Shown here: piece by piece, positions 55,057 to 63,782 of the stretch | Layout: each line of letters starts with the position of its first letter | Position numbering within the stretch: the stretch's first letter is position 1 | Assembly: GCA_965541585.1 (NCBI GenBank) | Contig: CBEUCH010000007.1 | Coordinates: 113,055-177,054, forward strand | From: an uncultured bacterium | Lineage (GTDB): Bacteria > Zixibacteria > MSB-5A5 > UBA10806 | Direction: 5' to 3' | DNA: 64,000 nucleotides | Made by a program: the position numbers and the translations under genes | Notes under the pieces: generated by a model | Databases searched by the model: none | Seen by the model: only the letters and a program-made list of their open reading frames with translations | Told to the model about the DNA's origin: nothing

Positions 55057-55949
55057 GGATGTCGGCGAGGATTGCAGGTTGTTTCTTAATGCTCGTGGCC
55101 GTGATTGCCGGGCCGAATGAGCTTTTACCCCAGGAATCAAAGGGGGAATCCTCGGGGAAAATACCGATATACGCCAGAGTCAATATCAACATTGCCGATG
55201 TTCGGGCTGAGCCGAAGAGGCGCTCCGAGCGCGTGAGCCAGGTCCTTTTCAACGAGCTTGTGGAAATAATTGATAAAGAGGAACAATATTGCAGGATAAA
55301 GCAGCAAGATGGGTACGAGGGCTGGATCAGAAAGCAGTTTCTCGCCTCGCATGATAGGTTTACCGGCGACGGCCCCTTTATAGTCGTGAAGAATCTTGCG
55401 CCGGCATTTATAGAGCCCGATCTGTCATCGAGAAGGATCACGTCGATTCCTTATGGTTGTTTCCTTTACGGCCGAGAAGTAGACCGGTTTCTGAAGATAA
55501 CATCTGATAGATACGGAGAGTTTTTCATTAGCTCTGACGACTATATGGATATAGAGACGCTTTCTAAGGCTACAGAGCCGGATTCAGCCGGTATTGTTTT
55601 CGAGGGGGAGAAATTCCTCGGTGCGCCGTACCTCTGGGGCGGGCGTTCGTTTTTCGGGATCGATTGTTCGGGTTTTGTTCAGACCATCATGAATAGATTC
55701 AATATAGCCCTGCCGCGGGATTCCAAAGATCAGATTCGCGCCGGTGTTGAGATAAGGCGGGAGGACATCAGGGCCGGCGATCTTCTGTTTTTCCCCCGGC
55801 ATGTAACACTGGCTTTATCCAAAGACCTGATGATTCACTCGACCCCGTCCAACGGGGGAGTGGCATATAACAGCCTTAATCCCCGAAGCCTGATCTATAG
55901 CAAATATCACGATGAATCATTTATAACGGCGCGGAGGGTTTCGGAGTGA
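55053..55949 (+). CDS. SH3-NlpC/P60 gamma-D-glutamyl endopeptidase (YkfC-like) with an N-terminal signal-like extension
   Basis: Same motifs as the upstream paralog, plus MRMSARIAGCFLMLVAVIAG. Confidence 0.88.
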   Translation: MRMSARIAGCFLMLVAVIAGPNELLPQESKGESSGKIPIYARVNINIADVRAEPKRRSERVSQVLFNELVEIIDKEEQYCRIKQQDGYEGWIRKQFLASHDRFTGDGPFIVVKNLAPAFIEPDLSSRRITSIPYGCFLYGREVDRFLKITSDRYGEFFISSDDYMDIETLSKATEPDSAGIVFEGEKFLGAPYLWGGRSFFGIDCSGFVQTIMNRFNIALPRDSKDQIRAGVEIRREDIRAGDLLFFPRHVTLALSKDLMIHSTPSNGGVAYNSLNPRSLIYSKYHDESFITARRVSE

Positions 55950-57082
55950 AGACGCTTTTGAAAATTGCACTCCTGTTTGTTGTTCTCATTGCATCGATGT
56001 CATTACTTTTGATGACAAAAGGAGTAACCTCTTCAGGCAGAAGTTTTCATAAAGTCTTTTTTATCGAAACAGCGGACGATTGGCAGAAATGCAATCTTGT
56101 TAACGGCGCGGTTGATACCGAAAAGCAGTCGGTTATCTTCGATGGAAAAGCGGAAGCGGGATCATTAGAATCATTTCAAATCGATCCGGGATTCCCATTC
56201 ACCACCTTGATGTTTTCCTGGAATGCGGAGAGACTGCCGGCGTCCTCCCTTTTGAATTTCGAGGTGGAGGTCTCGACTGATGGAGATAAATGGCACCGAT
56301 TTCAATATTTAACTTACGGTATTCTCGATACGCTGGAATTAGCGGACATCATAGAATCGCCAATCAGGATTGACGGAATAGGTTATGTCGATACGGATAT
56401 TTTAAAGCTCGAAAAGCCGATGAGATTTGCCAGGGCATTAGTGCGGGCGACTGGAATGGGAGAATCAGAGGATATCAGCCTGCGAAGAATGTCTTTTTGT
56501 TTCGCCACGAATGATATTAGCTGGAAAGAATATAGAAAATTAAAAGATGAACATTCAAATGTAGAAATTGGCAAAGTGAAGTTGGCAGTCCCATATTATA
56601 CTCAGCGAGGCATGCCGCCGGGATTGTCAGGCAACTGCTGCTCGCCTACGTCGGTGACGATGGTCTTGAATTATCATGATAAGAACGTGGAACTGATTCC
56701 TTTCTGCCATGAAGTATTTGACCCGTATAATGAGATGTACGGCAACTGGGCCTATAATGTTCAGGCGGCCTATCTCATGGGTTTGCGAAAAACGTGGGTC
56801 GAGATTCACTCGGGTTTCGATGAGATTTACGAGGAAGTATCAAGTGGCAAGCCTGTCGTCATAAGTATCGCCTACGGTTATGATGAACTTCCAAACTCTC
56901 CGATTCATGAGGCCGAAGTCGGACATCTCATCACTGTGGTTGGTTTCGATGGAACGGATACTGTCATATGTAATGATCCCGCAGGACATAATATCGAGGA
57001 CGGTATAATCCGCTACCCGCGAAAGGAACTGGAGGCGGTCTGGATTGGCCACGGAGGGATTGCATATCACCTATGGCCTTGA
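55946..57082 (+). CDS. Exported or membrane-anchored peptidase C39-like protein
   Basis: N-terminal hydrophobic helix; VPYYTQ..CCSPTSVTMVL; YGNW..N; GHLITVVGF; CNDPA (Gln/Cys/His/Asp). Confidence 0.8.
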   Translation: MKTLLKIALLFVVLIASMSLLLMTKGVTSSGRSFHKVFFIETADDWQKCNLVNGAVDTEKQSVIFDGKAEAGSLESFQIDPGFPFTTLMFSWNAERLPASSLLNFEVEVSTDGDKWHRFQYLTYGILDTLELADIIESPIRIDGIGYVDTDILKLEKPMRFARALVRATGMGESEDISLRRMSFCFATNDISWKEYRKLKDEHSNVEIGKVKLAVPYYTQRGMPPGLSGNCCSPTSVTMVLNYHDKNVELIPFCHEVFDPYNEMYGNWAYNVQAAYLMGLRKTWVEIHSGFDEIYEEVSSGKPVVISIAYGYDELPNSPIHEAEVGHLITVVGFDGTDTVICNDPAGHNIEDGIIRYPRKELEAVWIGHGGIAYHLWP

Positions 57083-58014
57083 TAGTCAAGCCGTCGAGAA
57101 TCGCCCCCGGATCGACTATCGGGATCATAGCGCCGGCCGGGCCTCCGGATCGTGAGCGTTTGAAAAAAGGTATCCGGTTCTTAAAAAGCCGGGGATATCG
57201 AGTAAAAACATACCCTCAGGCGCGAAAGAAACTCGGCTATCTGGCAGGAGATGACAGATCCCGGGCGGAGGCGCTGAACGCAGCATTTGCGGATGGCGAT
57301 ATCTCGGCAATCTTCTGCGCACGCGGCGGTTTCGGCAGTCTGCGCATCCTTCAACATGTCAATTTTGATATCATAAGAGCCAATCCGAAGATATTCGTCG
57401 GCTATTCCGATATCACGGTTTTGCTTCTGGCTATCTATAAGAGAACGAGGCTGGCGACATTTCATGGCCCTATGCCGGCGGTTGAATTCGGCAGGCGGTT
57501 GAAGCGGTTTAGCATTGAGAATTTCTTTAATGCTATAGAGTCAAACCGGCCTCCTGGCTCCATTGAGAAACCAGCTGGATATAATATAGGTCGTATGAGC
57601 GGCGGTGTTGTAGAAGGCAGGATAATCGGTGGGAATCTATCGTTAATGACAAAACTAATCGGCACCGGGTTTCTTCCGAGCTTCAGGAACAAAATCGTGT
57701 TTTTCGAGGATACCGAGGAGGAAGCTTATAGAATTGATGGTTATCTTTCACAGCTATTCGCAGCCACAGATTTCGGCCAGGCAAAAGGGTATATAATCGG
57801 CGAATTTACTCGCACCGAGCCGAGATCAGGCTACTTATCGGGGTGGAGCGTCAAGCAGGTTATCAAAGATTATTTTTCCAAAATGGATCGGCCCTGCATA
57901 TACGGTTTTCCTTGCGGCCATGGGGCCGAAAAGATTACTATACCGATTGGCGTAAAAACGGTTCTCGATGCCGATAAGAAGAGTGTATCGTTCAAAGAGG
58001 CAGGTGTGAGCTGA
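57073..58014 (+). CDS. ldcA: Muramoyltetrapeptide LD-carboxypeptidase (S66)
   Basis: IGIIAPA, YLAGDD..RA, CARGGFG, GYSDIT (Ser), HGPM, GGNL, FFEDTEE (Glu), CGHG (His). Confidence 0.88.
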   Translation: MALIVKPSRIAPGSTIGIIAPAGPPDRERLKKGIRFLKSRGYRVKTYPQARKKLGYLAGDDRSRAEALNAAFADGDISAIFCARGGFGSLRILQHVNFDIIRANPKIFVGYSDITVLLLAIYKRTRLATFHGPMPAVEFGRRLKRFSIENFFNAIESNRPPGSIEKPAGYNIGRMSGGVVEGRIIGGNLSLMTKLIGTGFLPSFRNKIVFFEDTEEEAYRIDGYLSQLFAATDFGQAKGYIIGEFTRTEPRSGYLSGWSVKQVIKDYFSKMDRPCIYGFPCGHGAEKITIPIGVKTVLDADKKSVSFKEAGVS

Positions 58015-59012
58015 TGAGACTATCCATTAAAGAGCATGATATTCATCTGGTTAATACGTTCAGGACAACGCATGGCGCCTCGGATTCCAGGCGGGCGCTG
58101 ATAGTTGACATAGACGGCGGCCTGGGAGAGGCGGCGCCGGTTCACTATTATGGCGAAAACGCTGAAACCGTGAGGGATTTTGTGGGGAGGGCATCGAAGA
58201 TCCTGGGTGATGATCCCTTTCAAATCGAATCTTTAAGTGAGAAATTAGATAGAGTGGCAGCCCTCAATTATAGCGCCAAGGCAGCGATAGATGTAGCATT
58301 GCACGACCTGGTGGGGAAGAGGCTTGGCATACCGATCCACCAGTTTTACGGTATCACCCCCCGTGACGATCTGGCGACCTCGTTTACCATATCGATTTCA
58401 GATCCGGAAACGATGAAGAAACAGACGGAGAAATCCCCGGGCTATCATGTATATAAGGTTAAGGTCGGGGTTCCCGGCGATATCGAGATGGTAGCGGCGG
58501 TCAGGGATGCCACTAAAGCCAGAATCCGGGTTGATGCTAACGAAGGCTGGACCGTTAAAGAGGCGATAGCCAGGGTGAAGGAACTCGAGAAGCTGGATGT
58601 AGAATTTATAGAGCAACCATTGCATCGGGACGACCTCGACGGTTTCAGATTATTGCGATCTAAAATTGATCTGCCAATAATAGCGGACGAGGGAGTTTTT
58701 CGCGCCACTGATATTCCAAGATATATAGGGCTGGTTGACGGAATAAACATCAAGCTTTCCAAGTCGGGCGGCCTGCGCGAGGCTTTCAAGATGATAGCCG
58801 TGGCCCGCGCTCACAGGATGAAGGTAATGATAGGTTGCATGGTGGAGACCTCGGTCGGCATCACGGCGGCGGCACAGATCGCATCGCTAGTGGATTATGC
58901 CGATCTCGACGGCAACATACTAATATCAGACGATCCCTATTCGGGCGTTACACTGGAAAACGGATATATAAGGCTACCGGGCGGCCCCGGCCTGGGTGTA
59001 ACAGCGAAATAA
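58014..59012 (+). CDS. L-Ala-D/L-Glu dipeptide epimerase (enolase superfamily, MLE subgroup)
   Basis: F.T.HG, GLGEAAP..YYGE, KVKVG, RVDANEGW, EQP, IADE, NIKLSK.GG, GCMVET, DLDG. Confidence 0.9.
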   Translation: MRLSIKEHDIHLVNTFRTTHGASDSRRALIVDIDGGLGEAAPVHYYGENAETVRDFVGRASKILGDDPFQIESLSEKLDRVAALNYSAKAAIDVALHDLVGKRLGIPIHQFYGITPRDDLATSFTISISDPETMKKQTEKSPGYHVYKVKVGVPGDIEMVAAVRDATKARIRVDANEGWTVKEAIARVKELEKLDVEFIEQPLHRDDLDGFRLLRSKIDLPIIADEGVFRATDIPRYIGLVDGINIKLSKSGGLREAFKMIAVARAHRMKVMIGCMVETSVGITAAAQIASLVDYADLDGNILISDDPYSGVTLENGYIRLPGGPGLGVTAK

Positions 59013-60811
59013 TGAAATATCTTCTAACCGTATCTTTATTGTTGTTTTCTATTTCGCAGTCCAGGGCTGATGTAATTCCTAATGTAGTTTATCCCGAGGC
59101 CGATCAGCTGCTGCCATCAGTTGATTCGACATTTATTTTTGGAAACGTTACCCCGGAAGCAGAACTCTACATTAACGGTATCGAGATACCTGTGCACAGA
59201 GACGGCGGCTGGCTGGCTTATCTGCCTGTCGATCATGGAGAATTCATATTCTGTCTCATGGCCGTTCTGGACAATGATACGTCTTTTCTGGAGCTGCCGG
59301 TGCAAATCGGCCCTCCCGGATTCGGTGACATTTATACGGTTCCACAATTTCCAATTTCACCTTATCCTGTTGTAGATGTTATTTATTCTGTGGGGGATAT
59401 TTTCGAATTCTCTTTCAAAGCGCCGCCGGGCTGCAGGGGATGGTTTGGAATAAACGATTCCGATTCTGTTTCGATGTTTCCGTCACCGGCATCCGAAGGT
59501 GTATACCGGGGTGATGTATTCGGCGAATCTTCAGTGATTCAACACCAATCGGCGTACATAACATATTCTGGAAGCTACCGCTTGGCTGTTGCTGACACGG
59601 GCGTCTACAGCATTTTCTATGGATGTGAGAAAGCTGGAGATTCCGATTCGGAAGAATCGATGGCCATGCTCATGGTCGCCGATTCGGTCCTGACTGTTCT
59701 ACCAGAGTTTCCGCCGGTGGTCGGGTTGTTTTCGGGAAGATCTCAGATAGTACGAACCGGACCGCACCTGGGATATAAACTTTTATATCAGCCGCCCGGA
59801 GTTAGGGTGCACATAACAGGATCGGAATCGAACTATTATAAGATCGAGCTGGCAGAGGGTATAACAGGATACACGAATACAGATAGCGTAAAACTTTTGC
59901 CGCCGGGTACGGCCATACCGAGAGGGAGAATATCGTTTATTGCGGTGGATAAAATCGATGGAGGAATCGAGATCTCGGCCCATATCGGTCAAAGGCTGCC
60001 ATACGAGATAAGCGAGACCTTATCTCCGCCGGGGATTGATATTGATATATTCGGGGCAACGGGGGATGTGGATTGGATCAGGTATAACGCGCACGAAGAA
60101 TTCTTAAGACTCGTAAAATGGTCGCAGCCGACTGATGGGGTATTCAGAATATCGGCTGAATTTGACGAAGCTGGAATAGCGGGCTATCAACCGTATTACG
60201 ATGGCAACAGGTTTGTTATTAAAATAAAAAAGAAACTCCAATCGATTCCGCTTTTTTCAAGCCCTGTTAAGGGATCAAAAATCGTAATTGATCCCGGCCA
60301 TTCACATGACAGTGGTGCCGTGGGCCCGGCGGGATTGCGGGAGGAAGATGCTAACCTCTGGATTGCCCATGAATTGAGAGTGATGCTGGAACGAAAGGGT
60401 GCCGAGGTTTTGATGACTCGTTACGGCCATGAGGATATCGCTCTCTATGATCGCCCGAAGATGGCTGAGAAATGGGAGGCGGATCTATTGATATCAATTC
60501 ATAATAACGCTCTGCCGGATGGCATAAATCCTTTCAATAATAACGGGGCGTCGGTTTTTTATTATCATCCGCATTCCAAGCCGCTGGCGGAGACTATTCA
60601 TAAATATCTGTTAAAGGAAACCGATCTACCGGATCATGGTCTCTACTATGGCAATCTGGTTTTGACCCGGCCTACCTCGATGCCGGCGGTATTGGTTGAA
60701 TGTGCCTTTATGATGATCCCCGAACAGGAGGCGATGCTGAAAACCGATAAGTTTCAGAGAAAATGCGCCAGGGCTATCTTGAAGGGGATTGAAGAATATC
60801 TGCGCAGGTGA
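59012..60811 (+). CDS. Secreted N-acetylmuramoyl-L-alanine amidase (Amidase_3)
   Basis: TAATG coupling at 59010-59014; signal peptide; IVIDPGHS..GAVG..E...NL, ISIHNNA, PAVLVEC.F zinc motifs. Confidence 0.9.
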   Translation: MKYLLTVSLLLFSISQSRADVIPNVVYPEADQLLPSVDSTFIFGNVTPEAELYINGIEIPVHRDGGWLAYLPVDHGEFIFCLMAVLDNDTSFLELPVQIGPPGFGDIYTVPQFPISPYPVVDVIYSVGDIFEFSFKAPPGCRGWFGINDSDSVSMFPSPASEGVYRGDVFGESSVIQHQSAYITYSGSYRLAVADTGVYSIFYGCEKAGDSDSEESMAMLMVADSVLTVLPEFPPVVGLFSGRSQIVRTGPHLGYKLLYQPPGVRVHITGSESNYYKIELAEGITGYTNTDSVKLLPPGTAIPRGRISFIAVDKIDGGIEISAHIGQRLPYEISETLSPPGIDIDIFGATGDVDWIRYNAHEEFLRLVKWSQPTDGVFRISAEFDEAGIAGYQPYYDGNRFVIKIKKKLQSIPLFSSPVKGSKIVIDPGHSHDSGAVGPAGLREEDANLWIAHELRVMLERKGAEVLMTRYGHEDIALYDRPKMAEKWEADLLISIHNNALPDGINPFNNNGASVFYYHPHSKPLAETIHKYLLKETDLPDHGLYYGNLVLTRPTSMPAVLVECAFMMIPEQEAMLKTDKFQRKCARAILKGIEEYLRR

Positions 60812-60814
60812 TGA

Positions 60815-61624
60815 TCACTGTTTTATGGCTCCCGCCGTTATCCCCTCTGTAATCCGTCTCTGAAATATCAAAAAGAATATTATGACCGGTAAGGCTGCGA
60901 TTGTCGAACCCGCCATTGTAACAGGCCAGTCGCTGGATCGGGGGTCCTGCATCAGTGCCAGGCCCACGGGAAGCGTATACATCTCATTGGAAATGGTCAA
61001 TATCTTGGGAAAGAGGAAAGAATTCCAGGTGGTTAGGAATATCTGAACGGCCAGCACCGCCAGGGCCGGCTTGCATAGCGGCAAGACGACTTTAAAGAAA
61101 ATCATTAGCTCCCCTGCGCCATCTACCCTGGCGGCGTCCTCCAGGTCGGTCGGCAAGCCGTCTATATACTGCTTCATGAGAAATACGCCTAATGGCGATA
61201 CCAACCAGGGCATTATCAGCGCCAGGTAGGTGTCGAACCATCCGAATTTCAGCATCATCTGGAAAATTGGCAGAATCAGAACGTGCACCGGAATCATCAA
61301 CATTGCAACCGCCGTCATGAATATAGGCCATGTGATCCTTCCGGCGCCCCTGGAAAGGCCGTAGCCGACCATGGCGCAGAGAAGTAAATTCCCAAACGTG
61401 ACGGATATAGCCACGATGCTGGAATTCAAAAAATACCTGCCGAAGTTGTTAGTCTTGAAGACGGTTGCATAGTTTTTAAAAGTGAAACCGATTTCCTTCA
61501 AGCTAACGGAAAATGTCCCGGGATCTTGAATCGATAATAGCATCATATACAGCATGGGAAAGATCATTACGAGCAGTATTGCTATTAGAAGACCTGTAAT
61601 TAACCATCTGGGAGCCCGGCGCAT
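60815..61624 (-). CDS. Carbohydrate ABC transporter permease (MalG-type)
   Basis: RYFLNS, EAA loop LPTDLEDAARVDGA, WNSFLFP, YTLPVGL, GITAGAIK. Confidence 0.92.
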   Translation of the reverse strand: MRRAPRWLITGLLIAILLVMIFPMLYMMLLSIQDPGTFSVSLKEIGFTFKNYATVFKTNNFGRYFLNSSIVAISVTFGNLLLCAMVGYGLSRGAGRITWPIFMTAVAMLMIPVHVLILPIFQMMLKFGWFDTYLALIMPWLVSPLGVFLMKQYIDGLPTDLEDAARVDGAGELMIFFKVVLPLCKPALAVLAVQIFLTTWNSFLFPKILTISNEMYTLPVGLALMQDPRSSDWPVTMAGSTIAALPVIIFFLIFQRRITEGITAGAIKQ

Positions 61625-62490
61625 CACGTGGTTCTCCTGATGTTGGTTAGCCTGAACTGGATCAGCGAAAATACAAGTATGATAAGGAATAACAGATATG
61701 CAGCGGCCGAGGCATAGCCGATATCACCGCGGCTAATTCCCTTATCGAATATAAAGAAGACCGCGGTTAGCGTGGAGTTGAAGGGTCTGCCGGAAGTCAT
61801 AACGAATATCTCGACGAATATCTGGAATGACCTGATTGTATTTAAAACAATTACAAAGGCGAATGTCGATTTCAAAAGGGGAATCGTGATCTCTAAACTT
61901 CTTCTAAAAAAACCTGCACCATCGACCCGCGCCGCTTCGTAGAGTTCGACCGGGATCGATTTTATACCGGCTAAGAAAATAAGCACGTAATATCCGATTG
62001 CGACCCAGACATCCATCGCCATGATGGAGAGAAGAGCTGTTTTTTCAGATTGTAAAAATCCGTTCGCCGGTGGAGAGATGCCGGCCAGCTTGCAGAGCGA
62101 AAAAATATATCCTCCGCGCGAATATAGATTGTAAAATATTAGAGCTACGACCACCATGGCGGTGATGGAGGGTATGAAATATGCCGCCTGAAATATCCGG
62201 TGGCCGGGTATTTTTTCAGCTATTAAGAGTGCCAGTAATAACGCAACGAACGTGGTTATGGGTATGGTTCCGAATACGAAAAAGAAGGTGTTTTTCAAGG
62301 CCTTCACGAAAACAGGATCGGTGATTAACCGGGTATAATTCGAAAAACCTATGAACTGGCCGGTTCCTCTCAGAAGCTGGAAATCGGTGAGGGAGAGGTA
62401 GAATGAGTAACCTATGGGGTAAAGCCAGAAGACCAAAAGATATATTATCCAGGGAAGGATAAACAATAGTATTTTATTCCTGGATCGCAT
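61624..62490 (-). CDS. Carbohydrate ABC transporter permease (MalF-type)
   Basis: FIGFSNY, ALKNT, LAGIKSIPVELYEAARVDGA, ITIPLLK, FQIF, GYASA. Confidence 0.92.
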   Translation of the reverse strand: MRSRNKILLFILPWIIYLLVFWLYPIGYSFYLSLTDFQLLRGTGQFIGFSNYTRLITDPVFVKALKNTFFFVFGTIPITTFVALLLALLIAEKIPGHRIFQAAYFIPSITAMVVVALIFYNLYSRGGYIFSLCKLAGISPPANGFLQSEKTALLSIMAMDVWVAIGYYVLIFLAGIKSIPVELYEAARVDGAGFFRRSLEITIPLLKSTFAFVIVLNTIRSFQIFVEIFVMTSGRPFNSTLTAVFFIFDKGISRGDIGYASAAAYLLFLIILVFSLIQFRLTNIRRTT

Positions 62491-63670
62491 GATCCGCCGA
62501 TTTAAGTTTTGCATCTATTGTTCTTGATGCCTTCTGCAGAATTTCCTCCGCTGTCCCGTGGCCATACATGGCCGCCTCTATAGCGTCCTCGATGTCCTGT
62601 TCAATATCCACCCATAACGGAGTTGGGGGAGCGGATTTCGAATTCTGCAGCTGCTGTGCCTGTATCATTTTTTCGGGATCGGAGATCTCCAGATCGGGAT
62701 ATGGAGGAAATCCAAAGCCGGCAGCGTCACATAAACGCTGGCAGTTTTTCCTGGCCGTTATAAATTCGGCCAGTTTCCTGGCGTTTTCAATATTCCTCGA
62801 CCGCGAATGGACGGCAATATACTCGCCTCCGAAGAAGGAACTCCCCGTTCCCCCATCCTCTTTGAAAAAGGAGAGGAGCTGATATTGGAAATCGGGGGGA
62901 TTTAGTCTCAAACGTCTTAAAAGCCATCCGCCGGATATGACAAATCCGATCCTGCCCTCCCGGAAATACTCCTCGAGCCTTCTCTGGCTTTCGATGACTC
63001 CGCAGTTGCAAAGATCAAGATAGAAATCCAAGGCCTGTATGGCATTTTTCGAATCCAGCTCCGATCTCAGGCCGTCCTCGCTCAGGACGCGCCCTCCATT
63101 GCTCCATAAAAAAGGCAGATACTTCTTATACAGGCGGTGCTTCTCTGCGGAGTTGCAACCGAAACCGAAATAATCGTCGCCAATTTCGTTTATTATAGTA
63201 CAGGCCGTAAGCAATTCCTCCCAATCCTCAGGAATATCCATGTTTATCTTTCTCAAGAGGTCGAGATTGAAATAGATCAGCCTGGAATCCAGAAGCCAGG
63301 GGAGCGCGTAGAGCTTTCCCCGCCAGCGTGCCGGGTAAAGATAATTTTCCGCAAGATCCGATTCGAATTCTGCCAGCAGACCGTTATAAGCAAACTCCGC
63401 AATCCAATCCGAGCCCAATTCCATGACATCGGGTGGATAGTCGGCGGCAAACGATATAACCAGTTTATCATGACCGTTGGCCCAGGTTAAATCGGTAATC
63501 TTTACCTTGATATCAGGGTATTCTGTCTCGAACTCCCTGATGATCTGCTCAACAGCGGGTTTCGTATTAGCGTCCGACCAGAACTGCCAGAAACGGATGA
63601 CATTTTTATCCTCCCTTTGTGCAGAGCAGGCTAGAAGAACAGTTGCCATGACCAGACAGATCTTATGCAT
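62474..63670 (-). CDS. Carbohydrate ABC transporter substrate-binding lipoprotein
   Basis: Lipobox LLA-C; IRFWQFW, FE..YPDIKV, PPDVMELG, GKLYALPW..D.R..YFN, SFFGGE. Confidence 0.9.
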   Translation of the reverse strand: MHKICLVMATVLLACSAQREDKNVIRFWQFWSDANTKPAVEQIIREFETEYPDIKVKITDLTWANGHDKLVISFAADYPPDVMELGSDWIAEFAYNGLLAEFESDLAENYLYPARWRGKLYALPWLLDSRLIYFNLDLLRKINMDIPEDWEELLTACTIINEIGDDYFGFGCNSAEKHRLYKKYLPFLWSNGGRVLSEDGLRSELDSKNAIQALDFYLDLCNCGVIESQRRLEEYFREGRIGFVISGGWLLRRLRLNPPDFQYQLLSFFKEDGGTGSSFFGGEYIAVHSRSRNIENARKLAEFITARKNCQRLCDAAGFGFPPYPDLEISDPEKMIQAQQLQNSKSAPPTPLWVDIEQDIEDAIEAAMYGHGTAEEILQKASRTIDAKLKSADHAIQE

Positions 63671-63677
63671 ACAGACG

Positions 63678-63773
63678 ATTTTATTTGGTAAGATCGGCCG
63701 ATGTCAAGCAAGATCGAACTCATAGAGCGAAACAGAGATATACCTTGACATCGGATATTTCCGGTTCTAAAAT
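63678..63773. promoter_or_regulatory. Back-to-back divergent sigma70 promoters
   Basis: Minus strand: TTGACA-18-TAAAAT, then 7 nt to ATG 63670. Plus strand: TTGACA (63745-63750), 17 nt, TAAAAT (63768-63773), then 9 nt to ATG 63783. Confidence 0.65.
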
Positions 63774-63782
63774 CGCCCTGCC

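Noticed and set aside
54274..55949. NlpC/P60 pair as PGA hydrolases (PgdS-like) serving the pgs operon
   Set aside because: The SH3-NlpC architecture and linkage to ldcA and the epimerase fit YkfC-type murein peptidases, and they lie more than 40 kb from pgs.
58835..59011. 5'-extended starts from the ORF track (also 2491, 3249, 8715, 15837, 31636, 44178, 54229)
   Set aside because: Downstream starts give SD sequences, stop-start coupling or proper signal peptides, whereas the extensions overlap upstream genes or promoters.
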